Of a stretch of 64,000 nucleotides of DNA, positions 57,101-64,000 are shown in pieces; position 1 is the first letter of the stretch, and each line of letters opens with the position of its first letter. The notes beneath the pieces are model-generated. The model searched no databases. It was not told the origin of the DNA and was given only the letters and a program-made list of their open reading frames with translations. Source of the stretch: an uncultured Verrucomicrobiae bacterium (GTDB taxonomy: Bacteria; Verrucomicrobiota; Verrucomicrobiia; Chthoniobacterales; Terrimicrobiaceae); assembly GCA_963851035.1 (NCBI GenBank), contig CAWKNY010000003.1:25293-89292 (forward strand). Reading direction: 5' to 3'. Position numbers and translations under genes: made by a program.

Positions 57101-58714
57101 CGGCTCCTCGCGGCCGCAAATTCCATTACCGGGGCGATTACTATCGTGGATAGCGCGACCGCCACATCGCTTCGAAGAATCGAAGGCTCCAGTCAATGGC
57201 TGGATTTTGCTCCTTCGGGTTATCAGTTTGCATCGGCTGAAAGCGACGGCAGCGTCAAGCTGATCGATGCCCACACCGGGCAAGTGCTCCGCTCGCAGAA
57301 GGTCCACGAAGGAGCCGTTAACGTCGTCATCTTCAGCCCTGATGGAAGGCTGCTGGCGTCAGCGGGTAACGACCATACAGTGCAAATCTGGGATTTTGGG
57401 GCCGGACAACCGCGCACACTCGCTGGCCATACCGCGCCAGTGTGGAGGCTGGCGTTTTCGCCGGACGGCCAACTCCTGGCATCGTACGCTCACGACGGGA
57501 GTGTCCGGATTTGGAACACCGGGAGCGGAAAGCAGATTCAATCGGTGCCGTCCAACGGATCTTTTTGCCTGAAATTCAGCCCCAACGGAGTCCTCCTCGC
57601 CATAGCGCAGGTCGACGGGCGCGTGCAGCTTTGGGATGTAAACAAAAAGACCATCGTTCAGACGCTCTTCGGGCATCGCAGCTATGTCTGGGATGCCGCA
57701 TTTTCGTCGGATGGCCGGCGGCTGGTGACCGTAGGAGACGAAGGATCGGTGCGAGTGTGGGAACTCGACACCGCCCGCGAACTCTTTGCCCTCGACGAGG
57801 ATACTGACATGTCCGGGTCGGTGGCTTTCAGCCCGGATGGCTGGCGACTGGTCACAGCGGGAGATGGTGGACTCAGGCTCTGGGATGCGGCGATTCTGGC
57901 CGTAACGTCCGAGCCGAACGATTGGGTTTTCTTCTACAGTCGCGCCCTCGTGAGGTTGAACCAGCGTCAGTGGGCGCAGTCGGCCTCCGACCTTTCCAAA
58001 GCGATCGCGCTTGGCGGCAGCGAACCTCAGCTTTGGCTGTGGCGTGCTGAAGCGGAAGCCCAGCTCGAGCAGTGGGAGCGCGCGGCGGATGATGTAGCGG
58101 AGGCTCTGAAGCGAGGCTATGACGGTCTCGCGGGTAACTACTACCGTGCGCTGCTCGCTCTTAAGCTTGCGCGTCCTGGCGAATACGAAAACGCGTGCGC
58201 GTCGGTTCTGGAAGTAGCGGCAGGTCACCAGGACCGACCCGAGCCTCTCAACTCGGGCGCGTGGACATGCGCCATCGGTCCCCTCTCCCGGAAGCACCTA
58301 GGACAGGCTCTCTCACTGATAAGGCGCGCCGTCGAGCTAAGTCCTGCAACGTACGAATATCGCAACACGCTCGGGGCGACGCTCTATCGTGCCGGCGAGT
58401 ATGAGGATGCGATAAAAGAGCTTGAGGAATCGATGCGTATCCTGACGGCAACCGCAAGTGGCACAGCCGCCAAACCTGACACGAAGGAGGAATCCGCCAC
58501 GATCATGGCGTATGACTGGCTGTTCCTGGCCATGGCCCATCAGCGGCTTGGCCGCATCGAGGAGGCGCGCACATGGCTGCGAAAAGCGACCCGCTCGATG
58601 GAGCAAACGGAGTACGAGCGTTCGCTGGAAGCCGCCTTTTGGTGGAGCAATCGGCTCGAACTGCAGCTCCTTCGTCAGGAGGCCGAATCGCTCATCACAG
58701 CTGGCGCAAGGTGA
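54197..58714 (+). CDS. nSTAND-like P-loop NTPase - coiled coil - TM helix - WD40 (with inserted PDZ) - TPR protein, 1505 aa
   Basis: Start at MKGIEPKQ; the 33 upstream codons of the track ORF overlap the previous gene. NPWLGLDAFTEDACDYFFGRDDE leads to Walker A GQSGLGKTS (54356-54382) and Walker B-like VLAFDQFEEIF. A charged coiled coil occupies aa ~412-453. The hydrophobic helix ITAIAMLMVLAVITAVWAL is at 55556-55612. More than 14 WD40-like units are present (..SPDGR..ASAS.D.T.KLWD..). The PDZ-like insert is at 56003-56287 (VVVTEVYPDSPADRQGGLKRGDRILRI). TPR-like repeats run to the end. Confidence 0.8.
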   Translation: MKGIEPKQGISSENPWLGLDAFTEDACDYFFGRDDEVSELLRRVKRKTLTVLFGQSGLGKTSLLQAGLFPRLRRDNFLPIYVRLDFASEAPGLVTQLKEHITDALGRGDFAEAPVPADGETLWEYFHRRGALLHTREGQVVTPVLAFDQFEEIFTIGQGAGPVSRQFLTELSDLIENRAPAELERRMEEEPELAEQFDFSHVAYRILLSLREDYLPHLETKNLRERMPSLMQNRMRLTRMNGRQALEAVLKPSGELISPEIAKEIVCFVAGAQPDGADAGIEQLEVEPSLLSLVCRELNNKRLALGQSRITADLLAGSSNAILQDFYDRCVADQSRPVRCFVEDELLTDSGFRENVALERARKLLEQRGARASAIDELVDRRLLRVEERLNVPRVELTHDILTGVVRTSRDSRRAREEKAEAEQRQHDAEEQRRLAEEREQQAKKQLRRARQQITAIAMLMVLAVITAVWALSERSRADNERSRAEKLLGDVKLAKGAIYRGQVRECHTAWKSRDIGRAQSLLDTPDVRPWSPAEADLRGWEWYFLKGLCDTGSRRFIGHSDYVNAAAFSPDGRWIASASGDSTAKLWDAETGEVVRTFGLKGEFVGIGTWLDQDWQFNVVVTEVYPDSPADRQGGLKRGDRILRISDASGRLIDVSQKGLKEASDLLRGKAGSEVEIEILSQGQSDKRTVRLTRAEMKYKSGHSGPASCLAFSIDGKQLATGGDDGTIRLWDVETGNELQAIQAHQNGVRSLAISPDGRLLCSAGYSDPVIRVWDANSGRKIVELPGQAKPVNHVSFGRGGRLVSGGNDGAVVIWDVASGREISRLDAGGPVYSAALSSEGRWLAAGLYGAIALWDLTATVTQPRKLWGHPSWIDALAFSLSGKRLASAGSEGTVKIWDVGEGKEVGTLKGHTASVKGIAFSPHGWSLVSSSMDGSVRLWDLRATTVNDRRTLQDVPARVVRFSRDGRLLAAANSITGAITIVDSATATSLRRIEGSSQWLDFAPSGYQFASAESDGSVKLIDAHTGQVLRSQKVHEGAVNVVIFSPDGRLLASAGNDHTVQIWDFGAGQPRTLAGHTAPVWRLAFSPDGQLLASYAHDGSVRIWNTGSGKQIQSVPSNGSFCLKFSPNGVLLAIAQVDGRVQLWDVNKKTIVQTLFGHRSYVWDAAFSSDGRRLVTVGDEGSVRVWELDTARELFALDEDTDMSGSVAFSPDGWRLVTAGDGGLRLWDAAILAVTSEPNDWVFFYSRALVRLNQRQWAQSASDLSKAIALGGSEPQLWLWRAEAEAQLEQWERAADDVAEALKRGYDGLAGNYYRALLALKLARPGEYENACASVLEVAAGHQDRPEPLNSGAWTCAIGPLSRKHLGQALSLIRRAVELSPATYEYRNTLGATLYRAGEYEDAIKELEESMRILTATASGTAAKPDTKEESATIMAYDWLFLAMAHQRLGRIEEARTWLRKATRSMEQTEYERSLEAAFWWSNRLELQLLRQEAESLITAGAR

Positions 58715-58857
58715 TTTCGTTCCTGGCTTCCATCGACCTCACTGGATTGTACGGTCCGAACAAGACGCCGCGAGGCACGAAGGTTGCTCCGGCGAGGTGG
58801 CAGCAAGCGTCCTCACTTGCTGGAGTGAACGTTCCCACCGAACGGGCCGTTTATTTT

Positions 58858-58893
58858 GTAGAGGCGGCTGTGCCAACCGCCTGTCTAAGAAAT
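58858..58893 (+). repeat. Hairpin (REP-like) repeat copy d, downstream of the STAND gene
   Basis: gtagaggcggctgtgccaaccgcctgtctaagaaat, in the convergent gap between the STAND gene and uvrD. Confidence 0.65.
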
Positions 58894-58911
58894 GAAGAGC
58901 GGTGGCACCTC

Positions 58912-60915
58912 TTACGGCTTCGCCAACTGCGCGCGCAGCCGCGCGAATTGGGCCGTCACATCCTCGCCCTTCATGGGCCGATTCATGAGTTCCTCGTAGG
59001 TCTCTTCATCGACTTGTTCTCCACGGATTTCCCGCAAGAACGGACTGGGGCGGCAATGCGCGGGAGTGCCGAACTTCCTGCGCGATCGACACCATGTGAC
59101 TACCAGCGAACGCATCGCGCGCGTGATGCCCACGTAGAAGAGCCTGCGTTCTTCATCGATGGCGCCTTCGGCCTTCGAGCGTTCGTGCGGCAGCAGCCCG
59201 TCCTCCGCGCCGATCAGGAATACATTGGGGAACTCAAGACCCTTGGCGGCATGCAGTGTAATCAACGTGACGCCGCCCGCCGTTTCCTGGGTGTCCTCCT
59301 CGCGCTCGCGATCCAGGCTCACCTCGTCAAGGAAGCCTTGAAGACCGTGGTCCGTCCGCTTCTGGTAGTCGCCCAAGGCGCGAAGCATTTCCCTGATGTT
59401 CTCCTCACGATTCAGCGATTCCTCCGGAGTCTTGCAGGAGCGCTTGAGGTCGTCCAGGTAGCGGCATTCCGCTAGAAGAGTGGAGAGGACCTGCGCGCAA
59501 TCCGCCCCCGGTGTTTGGACGCGGATGCGCGCGGCTTCGATTTCGTCCACAAACGCTCGAATGGCTTCGGCTGACTTACGTGTGCAGGTATCCAGGTAAT
59601 CACGATGGCCCAGCGCGTGGAAGAGGCTGAGCTGGTTTTCTACGCTGAAGGCCAGAGCCAACTCAACATTGGTGGCGCCAATCCCGCGGGGCGGAGTATT
59701 GATGATACGAAGGAGGGAGGCATCATCGGACGGGTTCAAGAGGAGAGCCATGTACGCGGTGAGATCCTTGATCTCACGTCGTTCAAAGAAGCTCTTTCCG
59801 CCGACAAGACGGTACGGAATCCGGCTCCTGCGAAAGTTTTCCTCGAGCAGCCTGGACTGTGCGTTCATTCGGTAGATGACGGCGACTTGCTCGTATGGTG
59901 TGCTTCGCTCCGCACAAAGCGCGGCGACTTCCTGGGTGACAAACTCGGCTTCCGTCCGGTCGTCCGGCATTGAGATGATCCGAACCGGATCTCCATCCTT
60001 GCCTGGACTCCATAGCCTCTTCGGGCGACGGCGCGGATTGTGCGAGATGAGACGGTTGGCCGCGCCGAGAATGGCATTGGTGCTCCGGTAGTTTTGTTCC
60101 AGCCGAATGATTCGCGGATTCGGGAAATGGTTCTCAAACTCGAGGATGTTCGCGACCTCGGCACCGCGCCATCCGTAGATGCTTTGATCGTCATCGCCGA
60201 CGACGCAGACGTTCGGCGGCTTTCCGTTGGCCAGTAGGGTGACGAGTTCGAGCTGCAGGCGGTTTGTATCCTGGAACTCATCCACTAGGAGGTGGCGTGC
60301 CTTGCCGCGCCATTTTTCCCGGACTTCAGGCGACTCGGAAAGGAGCCGCACTGCCTGGACGAGCAAGTCGTCGAAATCCATCGCGTTCAGGGCGCGAAGT
60401 TCCTGTTCGTAACGGCGAAACACGGAACCGATGAGGGTCTCATCGTCACGTGCCGTCCAGGCGTTATTCTTCGCCTTGCTGATAACGTTCTTGGCAAGGT
60501 GCGGATCGAGTTTCTCGTCGCGGGAGCAAATACGAGTGGTGATTTTCTTGATGAGACCCAGCTGGTCGCTCTCGTCGAAGATGCTGAAATTGGCCTTATA
60601 GCCCAGGCGCTGCGCATCGCCGCGAAGGACCCGCAGGCAAAGCGCATGGAACGTCGAGGCGGTGACGAGTCTGGCCTTGCCGGGATCGACCATGCCGGCA
60701 ATGCGCTCCTTCATTTCGCGAGCCGCCTTATTGGTGAACGTCACGGCGAGGATCTTCGCAGGGTCTTGCCCCTGGGCGATCAGCCAGGCAATGCGGGCTG
60801 TGAGGGTGCGCGTCTTCCCGGTGCCTGCGCCCGCAAGAATCAGCAAAGGACCTTGGTCGTGCTCAACGGCTCGGAGCTGCTCTGTATTCAGGTCAAGAAT
60901 TCTAGATCGGCTCAT
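58912..60915 (-). CDS. uvrD: UvrD/PcrA/Rep-type ATP-dependent DNA helicase
   Basis: LILAGAGTGKTRTL, LLVDEFQDTNRLQ, TLHAAKGLEFPNVFL, LFYVGITRAMRSL. 4-nt overlap with purN. Confidence 0.9.
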   Translation of the reverse strand: MSRSRILDLNTEQLRAVEHDQGPLLILAGAGTGKTRTLTARIAWLIAQGQDPAKILAVTFTNKAAREMKERIAGMVDPGKARLVTASTFHALCLRVLRGDAQRLGYKANFSIFDESDQLGLIKKITTRICSRDEKLDPHLAKNVISKAKNNAWTARDDETLIGSVFRRYEQELRALNAMDFDDLLVQAVRLLSESPEVREKWRGKARHLLVDEFQDTNRLQLELVTLLANGKPPNVCVVGDDDQSIYGWRGAEVANILEFENHFPNPRIIRLEQNYRSTNAILGAANRLISHNPRRRPKRLWSPGKDGDPVRIISMPDDRTEAEFVTQEVAALCAERSTPYEQVAVIYRMNAQSRLLEENFRRSRIPYRLVGGKSFFERREIKDLTAYMALLLNPSDDASLLRIINTPPRGIGATNVELALAFSVENQLSLFHALGHRDYLDTCTRKSAEAIRAFVDEIEAARIRVQTPGADCAQVLSTLLAECRYLDDLKRSCKTPEESLNREENIREMLRALGDYQKRTDHGLQGFLDEVSLDREREEDTQETAGGVTLITLHAAKGLEFPNVFLIGAEDGLLPHERSKAEGAIDEERRLFYVGITRAMRSLVVTWCRSRRKFGTPAHCRPSPFLREIRGEQVDEETYEELMNRPMKGEDVTAQFARLRAQLAKP

Positions 60916-61499
60916 GGCAGCTCTCGGCGCGCGAACCTCTGAATCACTTCCGGATAGAGTTTATGCTCGGCTTCCTGAATGCGCGCGTGAAGGCGGGTCG
61001 GGTTGTCTCCGGCAAGGATCGGAACGTTGGCCCGCGCGATGATCTCCCCGCTGTCCATCCCTTCATCCACGAAGTGCACCGTGCAGCCGGTCATTGACTC
61101 GCCTGCTTCGAGGGCCTGGCGCCATGCCTCCAAGCCGGGAAATTTCGGCAGGAGCGATGGGTGGATGTTGATGATGCGCCTTGGAAAGGCCTCGAGCATG
61201 GGGCCCTTGAGCATACGCATGTAGCCGGCGAGCACGACCAAATCGACCTCCGCGCCGCGCAATTGCTTCACCAAGTCTTGCTCAGACTCCGTGGAAAGCC
61301 GCGTCTTGAAGCGCTTCTCCTCGATCCATGTGGTGGCGATGCCGGCATCGCGGGCCAGCTTAAGAATCCCGGCATCGGGAACATCGGAACAGACGATGGC
61401 GATGCGAGCCTGGAGTTTGCCCGACTCGACGGCTTCAAGAATGGCGCGAAAATTCGATCCCTTTCCCGAACCGAGGACACCGAGGTTAAGTTGACTCAT
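60912..61499 (-). CDS. purN: Phosphoribosylglycinamide formyltransferase
   Basis: LGVLGSGKGSNFRAI, IINIHPSLLPKFPG, HFVDEGMDSGEII. Confidence 0.9.
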   Translation of the reverse strand: MSQLNLGVLGSGKGSNFRAILEAVESGKLQARIAIVCSDVPDAGILKLARDAGIATTWIEEKRFKTRLSTESEQDLVKQLRGAEVDLVVLAGYMRMLKGPMLEAFPRRIINIHPSLLPKFPGLEAWRQALEAGESMTGCTVHFVDEGMDSGEIIARANVPILAGDNPTRLHARIQEAEHKLYPEVIQRFARRELP

Positions 61500-61565
61500 C
61501 GCGGGCCCGGATGATGCCCTTCAGAGGGCAGCATCGCAAGCGATGCTTCCAAACGATACATTTCC

Positions 61566-62507
61566 GTGCAAGATGCGCCGGTAGCGGTGAAGAAAACGCA
61601 ACCGACGCCCCGACGCGAGTCGGGCAAACCATTGGAAATCTATCTGCGCGAGGCGGCGAAAGACGTGGACGCGGCCTTGAACAGCCTGCTGCCAAAGGCT
61701 TCGGTCAAACCATCCACGATTCATCGCGCCATGCGCTATAGCTTGTTCGCCGGCGGGAAGCGCATGCGACCGGTGCTTTGTATCGCCTCGGCCGAGACTT
61801 GCGGAGGGAGCAGAGAACGCGCGTTGCCCGCTGCCTGCGCCGTCGAATGCGTGCACACCTACTCGCTCATTCACGACGATCTGCCCTGCATGGACGACGA
61901 CGACTTGCGCCGCGGACGGCCAACCTCGCACAAGGTTTTTGGGGAAGCCGTCGCCGTTCTGGCGGGCGACGCCTTGCTGACCGTCGCCTTTGAAATTCTC
62001 GCGTCGATTCACGAGCCGCGGCGCTATACGCTCAGGGATTTCCTGGCCGAACTGGCCTTCGCCGCAGGCAGCAGGCGGTTGATCGCCGGACAGGTCGCCG
62101 ACCTCGAGGGAGAGGGGAAAGAATCCTCCCGCAGCGAGCTGCGCTATATTCATGAGTGCAAGACGGCGGCCATGATTGTCGCCAGCCTCAAGCTTGGCGC
62201 AATGGCCGCCAACGCGACGCCCGCACAGCTCGGTGCGCTTGCTAGTTTTGGATACTACCTGGGCCTGGCCTTCCAAGTCATCGACGACATCCTCGACATC
62301 ACTCAGACAAGCGAAAGGCTCGGCAAGAGCGCAGGCAAGGACGTTGCCGCGCAAAAGACCACCTATCCCGCCCTCATCGGGCTCGAGGCCTCTCGCAGGG
62401 AGGCCCGCCGGCTCACGGCACGCGCCCATGCGGCCCTCGAGCCATTCGGCACCCGCGCCGCGCGACTTCGCGAAATCGCCGATCACCTCCTCGCAAGAGA
62501 ATACTGA
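61566..62507 (+). CDS. Polyprenyl (farnesyl/geranylgeranyl) diphosphate synthase
   Basis: First and second Asp-rich motifs LIHDDLPCMDDDDLRRGRPT and FQVIDDILD. The exact start is uncertain. Confidence 0.85.
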   Translation: MQDAPVAVKKTQPTPRRESGKPLEIYLREAAKDVDAALNSLLPKASVKPSTIHRAMRYSLFAGGKRMRPVLCIASAETCGGSRERALPAACAVECVHTYSLIHDDLPCMDDDDLRRGRPTSHKVFGEAVAVLAGDALLTVAFEILASIHEPRRYTLRDFLAELAFAAGSRRLIAGQVADLEGEGKESSRSELRYIHECKTAAMIVASLKLGAMAANATPAQLGALASFGYYLGLAFQVIDDILDITQTSERLGKSAGKDVAAQKTTYPALIGLEASRREARRLTARAHAALEPFGTRAARLREIADHLLAREY

Positions 62508-62513
62508 AACTAG

Positions 62514-63995
62514 CTAGTTCGGTGCAGGTCCGGGCGGCTGGGAAGGCTCGGGGACGGGAGCCTCCGGGAGGTCAGGATTGGGCATGCGCACCAGGAGCCA
62601 CTCTTGCGTCTGATTGGCGCCGAAGTGAACGAAGCAGGCCGTTTGGTCCTTGGTCAATCCGTAAAGATTGCACTCGACGACGGAGTTTCGTTTTTCACCG
62701 GTGTGCCATGCGACGCGCTGGGAATTCTTTTCGACCGAACCCGTGACCGGAGCCGATTCGCCTGTCAGCACGTTACAGTATCCGCCGGTGATCAGACCCT
62801 CCCGCGTCATGGAGAGCTGGTAGAACATGATGGCATCGCCTTTCTCCTGCTGGACGAGGGCCCACACCCCGAGGGGAATAATGCTGGCATCGTTCGCATC
62901 GATCGGCGCGGGGGGTGGAGGGACATCTGCGGGATTGGCCAGCGCCAGCGCTTGCTGGCGGTAATCTGCCGCCGATTCCGTTCTCTCACCTTCAACATAG
63001 ACGTCGCTACCCTCCATGACGATATCCGTGCCGTAATCGTAGGCAATCGGTTCCGGCGGGACGGACCCATAGATGACCGAGTAGCCCGGCCAGACGACCG
63101 GCTGCCACCACCACCATGGGTTCAGATAGATGTTGATGTTGCCTCCATACCACCAGCCGCAGCCATGCCACCAATCCGGCGTGAACCAATGATCATGAGC
63201 GTCGCGAATGCTGTTGCGGATCTCATTGGCACGGTCCGCCCGATAGTCCCAAACGTCTTGGCGCCAATCGCGCCAGGCATCGCCGCGCTGCTGCCAAGCC
63301 TCGCGGCCTTTCTCGCGGAAGTCATGAATTTCATGCCATCGTTGCTCCCGATGCTGTGAAAAGCTATGGAGCTCGGGGCCGTAGTGTTGGGACCATTTAT
63401 TCCAGTAGTTCTCGCGTTGCTGGCTCCAAGCGTTGGGGCCGCCCGGACGAGCGCTGAAGTGATGGCTGAAGTAGTTGCCGGCCTTGATGGCGCCGTTGTT
63501 GATGAAGGTATCGCCGATGTCAGGTCGTCCGGGCCGTCCGTCCGGTCGATTGGGGTGCCAGGTCCCCGGAGGCTTGGCAGGACGAACGGCTGCGCCCTGC
63601 GGGCGTGTTCCCGGTCCGGAACTCCGCCGGTCTGCGGGCAACGTGACAAAAGCTTGATCTCGGGAACGGTTGACGTTGCCGGCGTTAGCGCCAGGGCGGG
63701 TGCCGCCTGACTTGTCGAGCGCGGGCCGACTCACCGGCACGTGGTCGATTCGCGAAAGACCGTCGTTGCCGGAAGGCCGTGAAAAGCTTCCGGCGCCAGA
63801 CGGCCGCGGCAGGCCGGTCGATTTGCCGGAAATCGACGAACCGCCGCTGTTCGAAGGCCTCGAAACCCTGGATGTGCTGGTTGAAGTTCTTGAGGCAGAA
63901 TGCCCGGCAGCGCCGTGATAACCGCCAGCGGCCCGATGCCCCCCACCCATACCGGCCTGCGACCGCGGAGGCGCAAGCGTCGAGAGCACGATCAT
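62514..63995 (-). CDS. Hypothetical Gly/Pro/Ser-rich and Trp-rich protein (start may lie outside the window)
   Basis: 493-aa ORF. It has a low-complexity N-half and a Trp-dense core (TPDWWHGCGWWYGGNINIYLNPWWWWQPVVWPGY). The frame is still open at the window edge. Confidence 0.5.
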   Translation of the reverse strand: MIVLSTLAPPRSQAGMGGGHRAAGGYHGAAGHSASRTSTSTSRVSRPSNSGGSSISGKSTGLPRPSGAGSFSRPSGNDGLSRIDHVPVSRPALDKSGGTRPGANAGNVNRSRDQAFVTLPADRRSSGPGTRPQGAAVRPAKPPGTWHPNRPDGRPGRPDIGDTFINNGAIKAGNYFSHHFSARPGGPNAWSQQRENYWNKWSQHYGPELHSFSQHREQRWHEIHDFREKGREAWQQRGDAWRDWRQDVWDYRADRANEIRNSIRDAHDHWFTPDWWHGCGWWYGGNINIYLNPWWWWQPVVWPGYSVIYGSVPPEPIAYDYGTDIVMEGSDVYVEGERTESAADYRQQALALANPADVPPPPAPIDANDASIIPLGVWALVQQEKGDAIMFYQLSMTREGLITGGYCNVLTGESAPVTGSVEKNSQRVAWHTGEKRNSVVECNLYGLTKDQTACFVHFGANQTQEWLLVRMPNPDLPEAPVPEPSQPPGPAPN

Positions 63996-64000
63996 CGTGA

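Noticed and set aside
54170-58297. Minus-strand ORFs 54170-55876 (568 aa) and 57359-58297 (312 aa)
   Set aside because: Antisense to the STAND/WD40 gene and without motifs.
58573-60942. Plus-strand ORFs 58573-59475 (300 aa) and 60292-60942 (216 aa)
   Set aside because: Antisense to the uvrD-type helicase gene, whose helicase motifs are all present.
61521-62486. 321-aa minus-strand ORF overlapping the polyprenyl synthase gene
   Set aside because: The plus frame carries both DDxxD motifs. The minus frame has none.
1-64000. CRISPR arrays, tRNA, rRNA, tmRNA, RNase P and SRP RNA
   Set aside because: I scanned all intergenic gaps by eye. I found no regularly spaced direct repeats, no cloverleaf-like sequences and no recognisable conserved RNA cores. 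A covariance-model scan (tRNAscan-SE, Infernal) would be needed to be certain.

Overview
GC-rich bacterial chromosomal window. Gene content and the TM-plus-WD40 protein architecture suggest a PVC-superphylum or Verrucomicrobiota-like soil organism, but that is inference only. I saw no rRNA, tRNA or CRISPR array. All calls come from manual motif recognition on the supplied ORF track plus my own translations; no HMM or BLAST search was run.

Housekeeping backbone: a GH38 alpha-mannosidase running off the left edge, secA, trmL, rpsU, xpt, ppgK, mtnN, purN-uvrD and a polyprenyl synthase.

Accessory or rearranged material is interleaved with it:
- A myo-inositol catabolic block (rpiR-type regulator, then iolC-iolD-iolB-mmsA) followed by two ISL3-family insertion sequences. 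This block sits between an AddB-like nuclease gene and an AddA-like helicase-nuclease gene.
- A ~3.8 kb insert bracketed by two diverged copies of the xpt 3' end. It carries a Tn3-transposase relic and a large secreted beta-propeller/di-haem protein.
- Several decayed genes. Six single-base +1 frameshifts fall in four genes.
- Two dispersed repeat families, and a ~140-nt conserved element present twice in inverted orientation.

The best candidate for an undescribed system is a translationally coupled two-gene module at 52776-58714. The first gene encodes a fusion of a SIR2-like and a TIR domain. The second encodes a 1505-aa nSTAND-like P-loop NTPase with a coiled coil, one predicted transmembrane helix, WD40 repeats interrupted by a PDZ domain, and C-terminal TPRs. 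Two direct copies of a hairpin repeat flank the module, and a second STAND-type protein (class III cyclase-ATPase-TPR) lies 2.4 kb upstream.
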